In this document: positions 61,070 to 64,000 of the stretch, one piece after another | Position numbering within the stretch: position 1 is the first letter of the stretch | Layout: each line of letters begins with the position of its first letter | Source: Dehalococcoidia bacterium | Lineage (GTDB): Bacteria; Chloroflexota; Dehalococcoidia; Lucifugimonadales; CAUZJF01 | Length of the DNA: 64,000 bases | Reading direction: 5' to 3' | NCBI GenBank assembly: GCA_965237635.1 | Contig: CBDEFX010000002.1 | Span: forward strand, 729,829-793,828 | Position numbers and translations under genes: made by a program | Notes under the pieces: generated by a model | Told to the model about the DNA's origin: nothing | The model's input: the letters and a program-made list of their open reading frames with translations, nothing else | Databases searched by the model: none

Positions 61070-63795
61070 TCCCGCACCTCCTCCGCTCCGCCGGCGTCGG
61101 CAGCCGCCCTCCGTCTGCTCCGCCGCCTCCTGCGCTCCGGCTCCGCTTCCGGCTTCTGCTGCTGTTCACCGTTGCTTTTCGGGTCTTCGACGGCCCTGCG
61201 GAACTCCTCCACCTTCAGGTCGCCCTCCGCGTCGCCGTAGGCGATCTGCGGGGCCGGGACGGTGTAGGCGGACGCCGCTGCGCGGATGCGGGCGGCGACG
61301 GCGGGGTCTCCCTCCTCCGGCTTGCGCACCATCATCGAGAAGGCGGGCATCCGCTCCTTGCCCACGGTGGCGCGAACGTAGCAGTGGTGGACGGGCAGGG
61401 ACACGATGTCGTCCTCGCTCACCCGGTCCTTGCCCAGCTCCCACACCAGCGTTCTGGCGTCGTTGCCCGCCACCTGGAAGACGGCCAGGCACCCGACGTT
61501 GGCGAGCAGGGTGTCCCGCATGGTGCGGGAGAGGTCGTCCAGCTTGGCGAGGCTCTGGGTGGCCAGCACGAAGCTGGCCCCGAACTTGCCAAGCTCGGAG
61601 AGCATCGACTCGTAGTCCACGCCGGGCATCGACTGCATCTCGTCCACGACCACCAGCGCGCCCCGCCGCCTGCTCAGGGGCAGCCGTCCCTGCTCCCGTA
61701 TCACGGCGTCCACGAGGTTGAGCAGGGACGCGCCCACCAGGGCGGCCACGTCCCTGCCCACGGTGCCCTGGGACGTGGAGACGAGAAGCACCCCGCCGTC
61801 GTGGATCGTCTTTCGCAGGTCGATGGTGGAGCGGCGCTGGCCCAGGATGGCCCTGGCCCGCTTGGATGATGCGTAGTAGGAGAGGCGGGTCTGCACGGGG
61901 GCGAGGGCCTCGGCCCGGTACTGGCGGTGCCAGCTGCCGAAGTCCCTGGCCCACCACTCCAGCAGGTAGGGGTCGGAGACCTTCTTCAGTACGGAGTTGC
62001 GGAAGGGGTCGTTGGACAGCAACCGCAGCCCATCGAGAATGGTGTACTGTTGCTCCGCCTCCACCTGCTCGTTGGCCTCGTGGAGGGTCTTGACGGTCTG
62101 CTCCAGGATGGACTGCATCCTCGGCCCCCACTGCTCCCACAGGCCTTTTGCGACGCGCACCACCGAGTCGGCGGTGCGGTCGCGGTCGGCGAAGACGCGG
62201 GTGTCCAGCAGGTTGATGCCGGGGGAGCGGGACTCGTCGGACAGGTCTATGAGGCGCACGCGGTCGATGAGCGGCTCCGGAACGTGCTCCATCAGCCCGG
62301 CCACCAGGTCGGTGTGAGGGTCGATGACGACGATGGCGTCGTTGTCCCTGCCCTCGGCCTTCTCCCGCATCTTGTGGACGACGAGGTGGTGCATGAGGGT
62401 GGACTTGCCCATGCGCGTGCGGGCGACGTAGAGGTGGTGCCGCCTGAGCAGGTCCTCGGGGAAGCGGATGGGCCGGGGCTTGCCCGCCGTGGTGTCTCCC
62501 ACCAGCGCCCCTCCCCTGACGCCCTTCGCAGAAGGCAGAAGCGCCCTCGCGCCGGAGCGCTCCACCAGGGGCGTCTCGTCGCCGGCTCCGGGCGGGTGCC
62601 ACAGGCAGGCGATCTCGCGGACGCCCAGGACGCTGCGCCTCCCGAACAGGCCGGGGCCTGACGGGTGCAGCATGTCCGGGTCGGGCGCGGCGGGCCGGAC
62701 CCTGCCGACGTTGAAGCGCGCCCCGGCCGGGTTGTCGAAGTGGCGGTAGGCGGCGGCTATCGGCCCCAGGAGCTCGGCGGCCCGCTGGGGCCGGGTCGTC
62801 TCCGGCATGATCGCCGTGACCTGAAGCTCGGCGTCGAAGGCGATGCGGGAGACCTTCTCCTTGATGAGCAGCGGGTCTTCCACCCGCTTGCGGGCCTTCT
62901 TCCAGCGGTGCCAGGCCCAGCCGCCCGCGAGCAGCCCCAGGGCGGTTCCCGTTCCCAGGAGCGCCGCCTTCCATATCTCCCCGTCCTGGACCCACAGGTA
63001 TCCCTTGAGGGCGGCGAGCGCGCCGATGCCGAGCACGGCCATCGTGATGCCGTCCATCTGCAGAGGCTTGGTCTGGAAGGTGTAGGCGGGCTCCCTCGGC
63101 TCCATGCCGGGCCGTTTGTGGGCCTTCTCCATGTGGCCCTGGGACCAGTCGGGGCCGAGGGAGCGCAGAAGCAGCCGAGCCACTACACGCTCGTCGTCCT
63201 CCAGGGCCGAGAGCGCGCCCATCAGGGCGCTGAGGGGGTCGGAGCCGGGGTCGAGCAGGTCGTCGTCGCGGAACGTCCTCAGGGGCACGTACTCGGGGCC
63301 GTCGGCCCGCAGGGTTATGCTCCACGCCAAGAGAATGTCGATGAGGGCCAGGCGTAGCACCATCTGCACGATCACGTAGAGGACGAAGAAGCCGTAGACG
63401 AGGTAGAGCACGGCCAGCAGGAGGGCCATGCCCACGCTCCCGGCCTGCACGCCGATCATCAGGGTGCGGAGGGTGGAGCGGAGCAGGTCTCCGGGGGTGA
63501 CGTCGAGGGAGACCGCGATAAAGCCGGACACGGCGTCGGCCACGTCCAGGACCAGGGCGCACCACCAGAGCGACGACGCTGCGGCCACCAGGCCCAGCAC
63601 CAGGCGGGGGATCATCTCCCGCCAGCCCGCCTGACGGGTCCCCAGGTGCTCGGCCATGATGAAGCTCAGCCCCATCCAGCCGAGGATGACCACCAGCGCG
63701 CCGGAGGTGATGGCCCAGACGACCATCCACGCCTGGCGCACCAGGTCGTGGGCGTAGGTGAGGTCCGCAGGGGTGCCGGTGAGGATGTCGCTCAT
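61066..63795 (-). CDS. VirD4/TraG-like coupling ATPase with N-terminal VirB6/TrbL-like membrane segment
   Basis: ARTRMGKST, VIDPH, INLL, VVDEMQ, ATQS, ANVG motifs; hydrophobic N-terminus. Confidence 0.8.
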   Translation of the reverse strand: MSDILTGTPADLTYAHDLVRQAWMVVWAITSGALVVILGWMGLSFIMAEHLGTRQAGWREMIPRLVLGLVAAASSLWWCALVLDVADAVSGFIAVSLDVTPGDLLRSTLRTLMIGVQAGSVGMALLLAVLYLVYGFFVLYVIVQMVLRLALIDILLAWSITLRADGPEYVPLRTFRDDDLLDPGSDPLSALMGALSALEDDERVVARLLLRSLGPDWSQGHMEKAHKRPGMEPREPAYTFQTKPLQMDGITMAVLGIGALAALKGYLWVQDGEIWKAALLGTGTALGLLAGGWAWHRWKKARKRVEDPLLIKEKVSRIAFDAELQVTAIMPETTRPQRAAELLGPIAAAYRHFDNPAGARFNVGRVRPAAPDPDMLHPSGPGLFGRRSVLGVREIACLWHPPGAGDETPLVERSGARALLPSAKGVRGGALVGDTTAGKPRPIRFPEDLLRRHHLYVARTRMGKSTLMHHLVVHKMREKAEGRDNDAIVVIDPHTDLVAGLMEHVPEPLIDRVRLIDLSDESRSPGINLLDTRVFADRDRTADSVVRVAKGLWEQWGPRMQSILEQTVKTLHEANEQVEAEQQYTILDGLRLLSNDPFRNSVLKKVSDPYLLEWWARDFGSWHRQYRAEALAPVQTRLSYYASSKRARAILGQRRSTIDLRKTIHDGGVLLVSTSQGTVGRDVAALVGASLLNLVDAVIREQGRLPLSRRRGALVVVDEMQSMPGVDYESMLSELGKFGASFVLATQSLAKLDDLSRTMRDTLLANVGCLAVFQVAGNDARTLVWELGKDRVSEDDIVSLPVHHCYVRATVGKERMPAFSMMVRKPEEGDPAVAARIRAAASAYTVPAPQIAYGDAEGDLKVEEFRRAVEDPKSNGEQQQKPEAEPERRRRRSRRRAAADAGGAEEVRE

Positions 63796-63998
63796 GCGCC
63801 GGGTTCCCTCCGGCAGTTGTCGGCGTCCTCGCCCGAGGCCCGCTCCACCACGCCGCAAAGGGTTCCGTGGACGCCCTCGATCATCCAGCCGGCGAAGGCC
63901 CTCGCCCAGCGTCCGGGGTTGAGGGCGGACAGAATCTTGTCCCAGATGCGCCCCGGCTGGTGGATGGGGACGACGGCGTAGAAGTCGCCCCTCCTGCC
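63792..63998 (-). CDS. 3' end of a hypothetical ICE gene (partial)
   Basis: Open frame ..VVPIHQPGRIWDKILSAL..NCRREPGA with ATGA overlap to the next gene. Confidence 0.5.
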   Translation of the reverse strand, partial: GRRGDFYAVVPIHQPGRIWDKILSALNPGRWARAFAGWMIEGVHGTLCGVVERASGEDADNCRREPGA

Positions 63999-64000
63999 GT

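Larger units (their letters stand above)
53793..64000 (-). mobile_element. end of an ICE-like element (continues past window)
   Basis: Co-oriented VirB6/VirD4, replication-relaxation-like, HTHs, PAPS-reductase-like, YhcG and LSR genes; visibly higher GC. Confidence 0.8.

Noticed and set aside
59607-63730. 520-aa and 854-aa Arg/Pro/Gly-rich ORFs
   Set aside because: Alternate-frame shadows of very GC-rich ICE genes

Overview
GC-rich bacterial window, most likely Chloroflexota/Dehalococcoidia-like. This is inferred from the tmRNA tag (A)GKQELALAA, stacked ssrA-derived att repeats and a dnaN that is not next to dnaA. A small core (dnaN, cupredoxin lipoprotein, ssrA at 21175-21527) is surrounded by decayed accessory DNA. 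There are about 14 IS copies or fragments (IS256 x3, IS3 x2, IS1380 x5, IS1182-like x2, IS110, one 161-bp MITE; about 18 kb in total), two satellite-like replicative elements, stacked ssrA islands, and the end of a serine-recombinase ICE (53793 to window end). Best signals: (1) an IS110 element whose bridge RNA guides can be read directly and match both its insertion site and its own circle junction; (2) REP-like palindromes inserted in-frame in two MalT/LuxR paralogs; (3) tandem ssrA att repeats; (4) an ICE apparently integrated into an IS256 transposase; (5) a MITE sharing termini and TSD length with a local IS; (6) a DUF318 permease-ASPIC/UnbV fusion. All family calls come from motif recognition by eye, not database searches. 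Single-base frameshifts could be sequencing errors.
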